64,000 nucleotides of DNA from Dehalococcoidia bacterium (GTDB lineage: Bacteria; Chloroflexota; Dehalococcoidia; UBA2979), in contig OZ244720.1 in NCBI GenBank assembly GCA_965219085.1, forward strand, positions 320,001 through 384,000, read 5' to 3'. How positions within the stretch are numbered: position 1 is the stretch's first letter; every line of letters begins with the position of its first letter. Below, piece by piece: positions 1 to 9,676 of this stretch. The position numbers were made by a program, and so were the translations under genes. The notes under the pieces were generated by a model. It did no database searches, was not told the DNA's origin, and worked only from the letters and a program-made list of their open reading frames with translations.

Positions 1-3000
1 CGCGCCGGCCCGCAGCCGTCCCCTGGCCGACCGAGCGCTCGGGCGCGGTCTCCGCAAACGCGGGGACGGTGTTGGAGATGGGTCTGTCGGCCGAATCTTC
101 AATCCGCCCCGTCAGCGCGGCGGAGGCCTCCTTGCCGCTGCCCCGGCGGTCCTCGTACGTGACGTAAAGCCGCAGGTACTGCCCCACGTCGTCAGCCCCC
201 GCCAAATAGCTGTTTGAAACGGCGCCGGAGATCTCTTCCCAGCTCGATCGGTTGGAGGACCGCTGCCACTGCCACTGCCACGTACCGGTGATGATTCCGC
301 CGTCGTCGTCATACAGCTCATCCCGGAAAGGCGTGCCGTCCCAGCCGCGGAGCGGGTTTATTGTGATTGTCCCCACTTCCTCAGCGTCCGTCACCGTCAC
401 CGTCACGGACAGCGTCCTTGACAGGGGTGTTGTGGCGTCGTCGGTGGCGGTGATGGTAACTGTGTAGTTGGTCTGAGTTTCGTAGTCAGGCGGCGAGCGG
501 AAGTACAGGTCGCCCCCATCCGAGATCCAGAAGTCGTTGCCGCTGACCGACCACGTGACCGTGTCGCGCTCCGGGTCGGCCGCCGTGTAGCTCGCCACCG
601 CCTTGCTGCCGTTCTCCACGAAGGAGGGGGTCGCGTTGCCCGTGACCACCGGCGCCTCGTTGACGTTGGTCACGGTGATAGTCACGTTCTGCCGGTCGTC
701 GATGGCGTCCATGTCGTCGTCGCCGTTCTGGTCTGTGCCGTCGGTGACTTCCACGGTGACGCGATACGTACGCTTGCCCTCGTAGTCCAGTTGCGCACCC
801 GCCGCCACGCTGATCTGCCCGCTGCCGCTGTCGATATCGAACGAAGCCGCGTCCGTCCCGCTGAGCGAGTAGACGAGCGGGTCGTTGACCGCGGCGTCGC
901 CGGCGTTCAGGTCGGTCGCCTCCACGGGCGCCCCGACTGCCGTGCCGTCCGCGGCGTTCTCCTCCACCTCGCGCTGCCCGTCCTCCGCCGCCGGGAACAC
1001 GGGCGGCGAGTTCACCGGCGGCGGGTCGCCCACGCGCGCCGAGACCTGCGCGGCCGTCTTGTTCGGGCCGTGGCCGTCCGTGTACGACGCCGTGGCGCGG
1101 ATGTAGTTGCCCCGGTCCTCCTCGAGCGTCGGCGTGTAGGTGGATGCCGTGGCGCCCGCGATATTGACCCAGTCGGTTCTGCCGTTGGGCGAGCGCGACC
1201 ACTGCCAGGTGACGCCGCTGGGGCCGTCGTCATCGCTGAGCGCCGCCGTCACCTCGACGCGGGCCTGCATCGTCCCGGTGTCAGTGGTGAGCGTCACGGT
1301 GCCCGGCTCTTCCACGTTCCCGACGGTAATCGTCACGGACTGCGTGTCGTCCACCGCAGTAGAAGCGTTGCCGAGCTCGTCCAGCCCGTCGTGGACCTCG
1401 ACGGTGACGCTGTGGCTGGGTTTCGCCTCGAAGTCCAGGGCGTCCCGCACCCGGAGCTGGCCCGTCGTCTCCACGATGGTGAAGGCGGCGGCGTCCGCGC
1501 CGCTCAGCGAGTACGTCAGCCCGCCGCTCTCCGGGTCATCCGCCGCCACGGGCGCGCCGATGCTGACACCCGCCCGCGTGTTCTCGGGCACGGTGCGCTG
1601 GCCGTCCTCCGCCGGCGGGAAGGTGGGGCGCTGGTTCTCGCCGAAGACGCGCTGCGACGTGATCCCCTCCGCGCTCTTGCCGCCGCCGCGCCGGTCCGTG
1701 TAGGTGACCGTCGCCCGCAGGAAGAAGCCCGCATCCGCCAGTGTCGTCGTGTAGCCGCTGGACGTGGCCCCCGAGATGTTGGTCCACCCGGTCCGCCCGT
1801 TCTGCGACCGCGCCCACTGCCATTCCGGACCGCTGACGCCGCCGTCGCCGTCCTCGAGGGTTGCGGTCAACGCCGTCGCGACGCCCGGCTCGTCGTCGGA
1901 GAGCGTGACGACCCCGTCCTCCTCCACGTCCACGACGTCGATGGTCGCCGATCTGGTGGCGTCGACGGCGGGCGGGTCTTCGGCGGCGCCGTCGGCATCC
2001 CTGCCGTCGTGCAGCGTCAGGTAGAAGAACAGGGGCCCCGGCGTCGTTTCGAAGTCCAGCGCCTGGGCGAGCCGGACCTGCCCGCTGGAGGGGTCGATCT
2101 CGAACCGCGCGGAGTCTCCGCCCGGCTGGATGCCGTACGTCAGGGTGTCGTTGTCGCGGTCGGTCGCGGTAGTGGGGGCGCCGACGGCCCCGCCGGCGGG
2201 GCCCTCCTCGACAGACCAGCTGCTGTCCCCCCGGAACCGTGGCGGCGCGTTGGCGATGGGGTCAGCCGTTACCTCCGCGGTCTCCTGGCTCAGCGCCGTC
2301 TTCCCGGAGCCTCTCCGATCGGTGTAGGTCACCATGGCGCGGATCGCCTTCCCTGTCACATCCTCGTCAACGACCCAGGGGAAGGTCGTCGCGGCGGGGG
2401 TGAGCACGCCGGAGACCCTCGCCCATGATCCCCCGGTCGCCAGTGATTGGATCACCCAGGTCATGCTGGTGGTGTCGATGCCGCCGTCCGGGTCGGTCAG
2501 CCGGAAGGTCACGGTCTCTCCCGCCGCCGGACTGAGGTTGTCCGCCGTGAGGGTCCCGTCCTCCTCCACGTCCCCGACGGTCACCGTGACGGCGGTGCTG
2601 ACGTCGCGGCGGCTCGAGCCGCTCTGGACGTCGGTGGCGACCACATTGAACTCGTAGACGTTGTCGCCGCCGGAGTCCTCCGGCGCCTCGTAGTCGGGCG
2701 TCGCGGCGAAGGTGACGACGCCGTCGGCGTTGATCGCGAAGTCGTGCCTGTCCGTGCCCGTGAGCGACCAGCTCACGCCGCCCTCCTCGTCGCGGGCGAC
2801 GTAGTCCGCCAGGTCCATCACCACGTAGTTGTCGTTCGCATCGTGCTCATCGAGGGTTATCGCAGTTTCGGGAGTCCCGGTGAACTCCGGGACCTCGTTC
2901 ACGTCGGTCACCGTGACGACGACGGCGTAGTCCGTGGACTTCTGGTCGCTTGCGTCATCGTCGGTCGCCCGCACGGTGACCGAGTACGTGTTGCTGCTGC

Positions 3001-6000
3001 CGTCGCCTGCATCGTCGTCGCGAGGGTGCTCGAAGCTGGGCAACGGGCCGTGGCCGAATCCGGCGTCCTGCCTGAAGGTCAGGATGCCCGACGTGGCGCC
3101 GATCTCCAGGTAGGCCGCGTCCGTGCCGAGCAGGGACCAGGCAAACGTGTCCATGTCGTAGTCCGTGGCGGTAAAGGTGTGGACGTCGCGCCGTGTCCCC
3201 GTGAAGTCGTACTCGATCTCCGCGTAGCTCGAAACCGTGTCCTCGTCGATGTCCGGCCGTTCGTTCACGTCGGTGACGGTCACGACGACCTCGATCTCCC
3301 TGGTGTTCACGGGAGAGGCGGTGTCCCTGGCCCTGACGGTGACGTTGTACACGTTGTCCGTGCCGGCATCGTCCGGTATCTCGAAGTTGGGCCGCTGGGC
3401 AAACGACAGGACGCCGGTCGTGCTGTCGATGCTGAAGTCCCCGGCGTCCGTGCCCGTCCTTGACCACGAAATGGTCTGGCCCTCCTCGTCGCGCCCGTCG
3501 TAGTCGGCCACCACGAGGTCCGCGCTCGTGGCGTCGTACTCGATCTCCATGAAGGAAGGAGCGGTATGGCTCGCCGCCGTGGTCGTGATCTCCGGCGTCT
3601 CGTCGACGTTGGTGACGGTCACGATGACCGGGAAGGTTCCGACGCCGCCCTGGCCGTCATCCGCCTGCACTCTAATCAGATATTCGTTGTCGGCGCCGAA
3701 GGGGTTCTCGAAGTCGGGCCGCATGTTGAAGCTGAGGACACCGGTCGAGCTGCCGATATTGAAGTGTGGCGCGTCGTCTCCTAAGCTGGCGAGGCGCCAG
3801 GTGATGGTGTCGGCTGGATTTGTGTCCTCGTCCGTATACGTGTAGGTCTCGATGGTGAGGTCCGGGGAAGTGGCGTCGTACTCGATCTCCGCGAAACTTG
3901 GCGCCGGGTCCCCGAAGATCTCCGGCGCCTCGTTGACGTCGGTTACTGTGACGATGACCACGTGCCCGTCGTGCCCCATTGGAGAGCCGTTGTCCGAGAC
4001 ATTCACCCCCGCGACGTAGGTGTTGTTCATGGCCGTGTCACCAGCGTCGGTAGGCATCTCGAAGTCGGGGGGGTTCTTGAATGTGAGCACTCCGGTCGTG
4101 GAGTCGATGTCGAATTTGCTACTGTCTGAAATATTGCCCATGGAAAAGGTCAACGTGGTCGACGCGTCCACGTCCGTGGCGTCAAAGTCAACGACGGTCC
4201 CCGTCCCGTTCTCGGCGAAATCGGCCGTGGCCGGCGGCGACGTGAACACAGGCGCTTCATTGACGTTGGTCACCGTGACCGTGAATGTGTGAGTGTCGCT
4301 CATCGCGGGAGAGCCGTTGTCCGTGACCTTCACCGTCACGACGTAGGTGTTGTTCATGGCGGTGTCGCCAACGTCAGTCGGCATCTCGAAGTCCGGGGCG
4401 TTCTTGAATCTGAGCAAGGTGAACGCGCCGGTCGAGACGTTGGTCTCGAACTTTCCTCCGTCGCCGGCGGACTCTATGGACCACGACAGCGTGTCCGACG
4501 CGTCCACGTCCGACGCCGCAAACGTATGGACGGCGGTTGAGTTCTCGGCCACGGACCTGGTCGCCGGGGGAGACGTGATCACCGGCGCCTCGTTGACGTC
4601 GGTCACCGTGACTTGGACCATGAGCGTGGTACCCAGACCGCCGGCGTCCCTGACCCTCACGATCACGTCGTACACGTTGTCGGTGCCGGCGTCGGCCGGA
4701 ATCTCGAAGTTGGGCGCGTTGGCGAACTTGAGCTCCCCGTGCCCGTCGGCGTTCTTCGTGATGGTGAAGTCGCTCGCGTCAGCGCCATGCACGTCCCACG
4801 TAAGCACGCTATTCGCGTCCACGTCTTCCGCTTCGTAGGTCTTGATGACCACCGAGGTTGCCGTGTTCTCGTCAATGTTGAAGCCCGTGTAAGTCGCCGC
4901 AAGGGTCGTGATCTTCGGCGTCTCGTTGACGTTGGTCACCGTGACCGTGAACGTGAGCGTGTCACTCAGGCCGCCGCTGTCGGTGAGCTTCACCGTCACG
5001 ACGTAGGTGTTGTTCCCGGCGGTGTCGCCAACGTCGGTCGGCGCCTCGAAGTCCGGCTGGTCCTTGAAGGAGAGGGTCGAGAGAAAGCCGCTCGCGACCT
5101 GAAACTTGTCCCCGTCGTGGGTGGACTCCACGGACCAAGTCTGCGTATCCGGCACGTCGACGTCCGACGCCATAAGGAGGATAGTTCCGCTGGAGTTCTC
5201 GGGCACGTTGGGTGTATCCAAAAGGTTCGTGATCGTCGGGGCCTCATTGACGTTCGTCAGGTCGATGGTCACCGCGATCGTGTCGTCGATGACGATGTCG
5301 GCGTTGCCGGCGGCGTCCTTGCTGTCGCGCACGTTCACCGTCACGCTGTAGCTGTTCTTCGAGGACTCGAAGTTGAAGGTGTGCGTGGACCCGGTCTTGA
5401 CCTTGATCTGGCCGTCCGAGTCGATCTCGAAGCGAGCTGCGTCCGTGCCGGTCAGCGAGTAGGTCAGCGTGTCGTTGTCGCCGTCCGTGGCCGTGATCGC
5501 ACCCCCGACCACGTTCACCCCGGCGCCGCTGTTCTCCGGCAGGGTGCGCGTGGCCGTCGCGCCGTCGTCGAACGTCGGCTCGGCGTTTGCGGCTCCCGTC
5601 GCTCCCATCAGGGTGGGCGACCACGGCCCCTTGCCCGAGGCGTTCTCCGCCCGCACCTGCACGTCGTATTGTGTGCCGACCTCGAGTCCCGTGACCGTGG
5701 CCGTCAGGTCGCCGGAACTCCACGCCCCCGTCTCGACGGTCCAGTTCGCCTCCATCGTCTCGTCCGCGCTCGTCTCGATGTAGCGCAGATCGTAGGCCGT
5801 CACCGTCGCATCGCCGTCCAGGGCGGGCGCGCTCCATCCGACCGTGAACCCTCGCGCGATCCCCGTCACCGAGTCGATCGCCGGGGCGCCGGGTCGTGTC
5901 GTACCGACGCTGGTGGCGGACCAGGCGCCCGCGCCGGCGTCGTTCACGGCGCGCACCTGCACGTCGTACTGCGTGCCGGTGTCGAGACCCATGAGGTCGT

Positions 6001-9000
6001 ACTCCAGGTCCGGGTCGCCGGAGCTCCACACCCCCGTCTCGACGGTCCAGTTGGCGTCCATCGTCTCGTCCTCGCTGGTCTTGATGTAGCGCAGGTCATA
6101 CGACGTGATCTCATCCCCGCCGTCGCTGGTGGGCGCGGTCCACTCGACGGTGAGCGAGCCGTCGGTCCCCGTGACCGCGTCGATCGTCGGAGCGCCGGGC
6201 GTGGTGCGCGGCGTGGCGCTGCGGACGCCCGACCAGGGGTGTTGGTCGGTCCCCACGACCGCCCGTACCTGCATGTCGTAGGAGACGCCGTTGACGAGGC
6301 TGGGCGTCGGGTTGAGGGTGTAATCGAGCGAGCCGGCGGTCCAGATCGACGTGACCACGGTCCAGTTGCCCTCCACCGCCTCGTCCTCGCTGGTCTTGAT
6401 GTAGCGCAGGTTGTAGGACGTGATGGTGCCCAGCATCGCATTGGTGGGCGCGGTCCACTCGATGGTGATCGAGCGGTCGCCGGGAGTGACCGAGTCGATC
6501 GTGGGGGACGTGTCCGTCGTGGGTGTGCCGGTGGCAGTGTCCGACCAGAGGCCGTCGCCGTCGGCGTTCACCGCCCGCACCTGCACGTCGTACTGCACAC
6601 CTCCAATGAGGCCGCTGATCGTGTATTCGAGCGTGTCGCTGGTGGAGGTCCAGGCGTCGTCGACGACCGTCCACTGGCCGTCCGACTTGTCCATCGCGTC
6701 GCTGCGGATGTGCCGCACGTCGTAGGCGGTGATGTCGGACGCGCCCGTGTTGCTCGGGGCTGTCCAGGCGACGGTGAGCGACTCGCTGCCTGCCGCGATC
6801 GAGTCGATCGTGGGCGCGGCGGGTGTCGATCTGTGGCCGTAGGCGGTCAGCTTCCACGACTTGAACGTTCCCGTCGAGCCGTTCGCCGCGTCCGTGATGC
6901 GCAGCGTCCATGTGCCCCCGGCGCTCTCGCCCAGGTGTCTGGCCGAGCCAAGGCGCCACGTGTCGTTCGCTGGATTGCAGCCGCCGGGCGTGAATGGAAA
7001 GAGCAGCGTGGATGTAGTCCCGGACGGGGACACCAGCTCAACGAGGAGATCGCAGAAGTCCTGATGATTGAAGGTGAGTTCGATTGCCATGTACTCGACG
7101 AACTCGACGGATGACCCGAGCGTGACGCTGCTGGAAACGGCTGACGCGGTGCCCCCCACGGGTGGATCGGGGATGGCCATCTCCGCAGTCGCGCTCGCGC
7201 TGATGTTGAGGAACGAGGGAAGATTCGTCCAGTCGGCGGCCAGGGTAACGGCGGCGCCTGCATCGACTACCCCGAAGCCGTACTCGTGATTGAATGAGTA
7301 TTGGTCCGTGCTGGAGCCGTACTTGAGAGCGCCCTGCGCCCAGCCCGTGTTGGACGTGTCGTTCTTGCGCGCCGATCCGGCGAGGATGAGCTTCACATCG
7401 CGCCAGGTCAGCGTGCTGTTTGCGCCGCGGATCAGCGCGGCGATGCCGGACACGATCGGTGTGGCCGCCGACGTTCCGCCGAACTCCACATACCGGTTGT
7501 GCAGGTCGGTAGACAGGATCCCGGGCAGGCTCTCATCGGCGTCATTGGAGGGGGCGCAGACCCAGAGGTTCGCGCCGAGCTCCGAAAAGGAGCTCCGCAC
7601 ATCGTTGTAGTTGACACCACACGCGACCGTGACCCCGTAGTGGGTCTTCATCTCTTCGAGATTGGCCTGGGAGCTCTGCCGCCCGCTGGTATCCGTGCTC
7701 GGTAGATGGCCATTGCCGGCGAGCCAGACATAGACCACACCCTTGCCGCCGTACCCGGATGTGAGCCCTTCCTCCACCGCCGCCAGCCATTCGGCGTCCA
7801 CAGGTCCGTGGTAGCCGGGGACAATCACGGACCAACTGTTACTGGAGACGGCTGTCGTGTCCGCCTTGTACACCGCGGCATCCGGCCGCGCCGCCCTGAG
7901 TTCGCTCACCTTGAGTATCGACAGGGGGACGGTGTAGCCGTAGACGGTCGCGCGGGGAGCCACGCCCCGGGTGCCGACGTCGTTATCGCGGGCCGCGATG
8001 ATCCCCGTCACGGCCGTACCGTGTTGGCCCAGGGGGATCCGCACAGCCGCGCCGCCGCCGTGGTGGCCCAGCGTATCGTCGTCGGGGTCGCCGCTGTCGT
8101 ACTCGTAGCCGCGGAGGTCGCTGTGCAGGTAATCCAGACCGCTGTCGACGACGAGGACGTTGATGCCCTCCCCCTTCGTCGTCTGCCATGCCTGCTCGAC
8201 GTTGATGTCGAACCCCCCGCCGGCGCCGTATTGATTCGTGTTCTTGAGGTACCACTGGCACCCGTACAGGGGGTCGCTCTGCGCCATCGAGTAGCCCTGG
8301 CACGTCGCCTCATCCATGACCATCTCGGTCGCCACTTGCGGCCCGAGGAGGTATGACCCGGTCTCGCTCGCGGCGGCCGCGAGCCCGACGGTGTACGTCC
8401 CGGCCTTGAGCCGCCCGAGCGCATACAGGCTCAGCCCCTGATCGTCGATCACGCTCCAACCGGGCTTGTTGAGGTAGTACAGGTCGATCTCGGTGCCCTG
8501 GCTGTCGAAGAGGGTGGGAGTGAGCGTCAGGGCGCCGGCCGTGGTAGCGGCCTCCAGGAGCACGTACGTGGCGCTGGCCAGTGTGAACGTGAAGTGATCC
8601 GTATCTCCGGGCGCGTCGATGCGCCCGGGAACCGCGAGTCCAATCGTGATAGTCGTGGCGTCGGCGACCGCGTCGCCGTGGTCGCTCGTCGTGCCGGTGG
8701 AGGTCGCCGACCACAGCCCGGCGTCGTCGGCGGTCGTGGCGCGCACCTGTACGTCGTACCCGGTGCTGTCCCGCAGACCCGTGAGCTGGTACGAGAGGGA
8801 ACCTGACGTCCAGACGCCAGTGACCACGGTCCAGTTCGCGTCGGCTTTGTCGGTTGCCGCGCTCTCGATGTAGCGCGCGTCGTACGAGCTGATCGTTGTC
8901 CCGGTGGCGACCGTGGGGGCGGTCCAGGCGGCTGTGAGCGCACCGGCGCCCGCGACGACCGAGGTGATCGTGGGTCCCGGGATCTGAGGCGTGCCGGTCG

Positions 9001-9394
9001 AAGTCGCCGACCACGCGCCGTCGGTCGTGGTCACCGTGCGCATCTGCACGTCGTAGCCGACGCCGTTGTCGAGCCCCTCGAGGGTGTAGGTGAGGTCGCC
9101 CGACCCGGTCGTCCAGATGTTGTCGACCACGGTCCAGTTGGCGTCGGCCTTGTCCGCCGCGTCGCTGCGGATGTAGCGCAGGTCGTAGGCGGTGATGCCG
9201 GTCACGCCTGTGGGCGCGGTCCAGGCTACGGTGAGCGAGCCGTCGGCTGGGGTGACCGAGTCGATGGTGGGGACGGCGGGCGTCTGCGCCTCGGCCCTCC
9301 CGCTGTAGAACACGAGCGACAGCAGCATGACCAGCAGGATCGAGCCTCTTGTCAGGTGTGATATGGAGTCGGTGGCCGTGCCCCGAGGATTCAA
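1..9394 (-). CDS. Giant secreted protease-adhesin A (>3130 aa, 3' end outside window): signal peptide, 2 FN3, PPC-like domain, S8 kexin-like peptidase + P-domain, 4 FN3, long cadherin-like array
   Basis: Missing from the ORF track, consistent with no stop before the window edge. Segments translated by hand; the frame at TTG 9394 (GAGGT upstream) matches the frame at position 1. Signal ...LLVMLLSLVFYSGRAEA/QTP. Catalytic motifs VVDSG, HGTAVTG, AGNG, GGTSAATP (~7290-8280); P-domain ends FKSWKLTAYGH; repeated DFE/VTVTDVNE cadherin motifs. Confidence 0.9.
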   Translation of the reverse strand, partial: MNPRGTATDSISHLTRGSILLVMLLSLVFYSGRAEAQTPAVPTIDSVTPADGSLTVAWTAPTGVTGITAYDLRYIRSDAADKADANWTVVDNIWTTGSGDLTYTLEGLDNGVGYDVQMRTVTTTDGAWSATSTGTPQIPGPTITSVVAGAGALTAAWTAPTVATGTTISSYDARYIESAATDKADANWTVVTGVWTSGSLSYQLTGLRDSTGYDVQVRATTADDAGLWSATSTGTTSDHGDAVADATTITIGLAVPGRIDAPGDTDHFTFTLASATYVLLEAATTAGALTLTPTLFDSQGTEIDLYYLNKPGWSVIDDQGLSLYALGRLKAGTYTVGLAAAASETGSYLLGPQVATEMVMDEATCQGYSMAQSDPLYGCQWYLKNTNQYGAGGGFDINVEQAWQTTKGEGINVLVVDSGLDYLHSDLRGYEYDSGDPDDDTLGHHGGGAAVRIPLGQHGTAVTGIIAARDNDVGTRGVAPRATVYGYTVPLSILKVSELRAARPDAAVYKADTTAVSSNSWSVIVPGYHGPVDAEWLAAVEEGLTSGYGGKGVVYVWLAGNGHLPSTDTSGRQSSQANLEEMKTHYGVTVACGVNYNDVRSSFSELGANLWVCAPSNDADESLPGILSTDLHNRYVEFGGTSAATPIVSGIAALIRGANSTLTWRDVKLILAGSARKNDTSNTGWAQGALKYGSSTDQYSFNHEYGFGVVDAGAAVTLAADWTNLPSFLNISASATAEMAIPDPPVGGTASAVSSSVTLGSSVEFVEYMAIELTFNHQDFCDLLVELVSPSGTTSTLLFPFTPGGCNPANDTWRLGSARHLGESAGGTWTLRITDAANGSTGTFKSWKLTAYGHRSTPAAPTIDSIAAGSESLTVAWTAPSNTGASDITAYDVRHIRSDAMDKSDGQWTVVDDAWTSTSDTLEYTISGLIGGVQYDVQVRAVNADGDGLWSDTATGTPTTDTSPTIDSVTPGDRSITIEWTAPTNAMLGTITSYNLRYIKTSEDEAVEGNWTVVTSIWTAGSLDYTLNPTPSLVNGVSYDMQVRAVVGTDQHPWSGVRSATPRTTPGAPTIDAVTGTDGSLTVEWTAPTSDGGDEITSYDLRYIKTSEDETMDANWTVETGVWSSGDPDLEYDLMGLDTGTQYDVQVRAVNDAGAGAWSATSVGTTRPGAPAIDSVTGIARGFTVGWSAPALDGDATVTAYDLRYIETSADETMEANWTVETGAWSSGDLTATVTGLEVGTQYDVQVRAENASGKGPWSPTLMGATGAANAEPTFDDGATATRTLPENSGAGVNVVGGAITATDGDNDTLTYSLTGTDAARFEIDSDGQIKVKTGSTHTFNFESSKNSYSVTVNVRDSKDAAGNADIVIDDTIAVTIDLTNVNEAPTITNLLDTPNVPENSSGTILLMASDVDVPDTQTWSVESTHDGDKFQVASGFLSTLSFKDQPDFEAPTDVGDTAGNNTYVVTVKLTDSGGLSDTLTFTVTVTNVNETPKITTLAATYTGFNIDENTATSVVIKTYEAEDVDANSVLTWDVHGADASDFTITKNADGHGELKFANAPNFEIPADAGTDNVYDVIVRVRDAGGLGTTLMVQVTVTDVNEAPVITSPPATRSVAENSTAVHTFAASDVDASDTLSWSIESAGDGGKFETNVSTGAFTLLRFKNAPDFEMPTDVGDTAMNNTYVVTVKVTDNGSPAMSDTHTFTVTVTNVNEAPVFTSPPATADFAENGTGTVVDFDATDVDASTTLTFSMGNISDSSKFDIDSTTGVLTFKNPPDFEMPTDAGDTAMNNTYVAGVNVSDNGSPMGHDGHVVIVTVTDVNEAPEIFGDPAPSFAEIEYDATSPDLTIETYTYTDEDTNPADTITWRLASLGDDAPHFNIGSSTGVLSFNMRPDFENPFGADNEYLIRVQADDGQGGVGTFPVIVTVTNVDETPEITTTAASHTAPSFMEIEYDATSADLVVADYDGRDEEGQTISWSRTGTDAGDFSIDSTTGVLSFAQRPNFEIPDDAGTDNVYNVTVRARDTASPVNTREIEVVVTVTDVNERPDIDEDTVSSYAEIEYDFTGTRRDVHTFTATDYDMDTFAWSLLGTDAAYLEIGATSGILTFRQDAGFGHGPLPSFEHPRDDDAGDGSSNTYSVTVRATDDDASDQKSTDYAVVVTVTDVNEVPEFTGTPETAITLDEHDANDNYVVMDLADYVARDEEGGVSWSLTGTDRHDFAINADGVVTFAATPDYEAPEDSGGDNVYEFNVVATDVQSGSSRRDVSTAVTVTVGDVEEDGTLTADNLSPAAGETVTFRLTDPDGGIDTTSMTWVIQSLATGGSWARVSGVLTPAATTFPWVVDEDVTGKAIRAMVTYTDRRGSGKTALSQETAEVTADPIANAPPRFRGDSSWSVEEGPAGGAVGAPTTATDRDNDTLTYGIQPGGDSARFEIDPSSGQVRLAQALDFETTPGPLFFYLTLHDGRDADGAAEDPPAVDATRSATIDVVDVEEDGVVTLSDDEPGVATALTATLEDGDGGVSGPEWQWARSQNGRTGWTNISGATSSGYTTTLADAGFFLRATVTYTDRRGGGKSAEGITSQRVFGENQRPTFPPAEDGQRTVPENTRAGVSIGAPVAADDPESGGLTYSLSGADAAAFTIVETTGQLRVRDALDFEAKPSHSVTVEVHDGLDELGNASTAVDDTQSVTITVGNVEEPGTVTLTTDTGTMQARVEVTAALSDDDGPSGVTWQWSRSPNGRTDWVNIAGATASTYTPTLEEDRGNYIRATASYTDGHGPNKTAAQVSARVGDPPPVNSPPVFPAAEDGQREVEENAADGTAVGAPVEATDLNAGDAAVNDPLVYSLSGTDAASFDIDSGSGQISVAAGAQLDYEGKRTYRVTVEVTDGTDQNGDDDMDAIDDRQNVTITVTNVNEAPVVTGNATPSFVENGSKAVASYTAADPERDTVTWSVSGNDFWISDGGDLYFRSPPDYETQTNYTVTITATDDATTPLSRTLSVTVTVTDAEEVGTITINPLRGWDGTPFRDELYDDDGGIITGTWQWQWQRSSNRSSWEEISGAVSNSYLAGADDVGQYLRLYVTYEDRRGSGKEASAALTGRIEDSADRPISNTVPAFAETAPERSVGQGTAAGRR

Positions 9395-9484
9395 GGTGGA
9401 GGGTTACCTCGTATCCCGTCGCCGACACAACGCCCTGCCGTCATCGACGGTGCAGACCGGGTCGTGGCTCTCATCCGGTCAGAT

Positions 9485-9610
9485 CGTGACGCTCTCCCGG
9501 CATCGTGGTAAGTGCCGAGCGGCACAATTGGGACGCAAGTTTGTTTGCTCCGAGGGAGAGCGATTCTGCTAGTGAGACAGATACGTTTGCTCTGAAGGTC
9601 GCTTCGCGAG
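9485..9610. promoter_or_regulatory. Conserved ~125-bp upstream element, copy A
   Basis: GACGCTCTCCC..TAAGTGCCGAGCGGCACAAT..TTTGTTTGCTCCGAGGGAGAGCGATTC..GGTCGCTTCGCG; homologous to copies at 17.9, 25.6 and 37.5 kb, always upstream of a minus-strand surface-protein gene. Confidence 0.8.
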
Positions 9611-9676
9611 CTCTGGCTGCGAGAGTTCTGCTGCTCTTCTCATGAGTTAGCGTGAGGGCCTGGAGCTACCTCCGGC

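Noticed and set aside
791-8356. Long plus-strand ORFs (e.g. 791-2428, 4613-7114; likewise 41297-44098 and minus-strand 55630-57936)
   Set aside because: Antisense shadows of real high-GC genes; Arg/Gly/Val-rich with no motifs.
9485-9610. Conserved element as a c-di-GMP-I riboswitch (GCAAAC, GCCTCC, GGGACGCAA words)
   Set aside because: The words are not in the required order and strand, and no GNRA-capped P2 stem is seen; identity left open.
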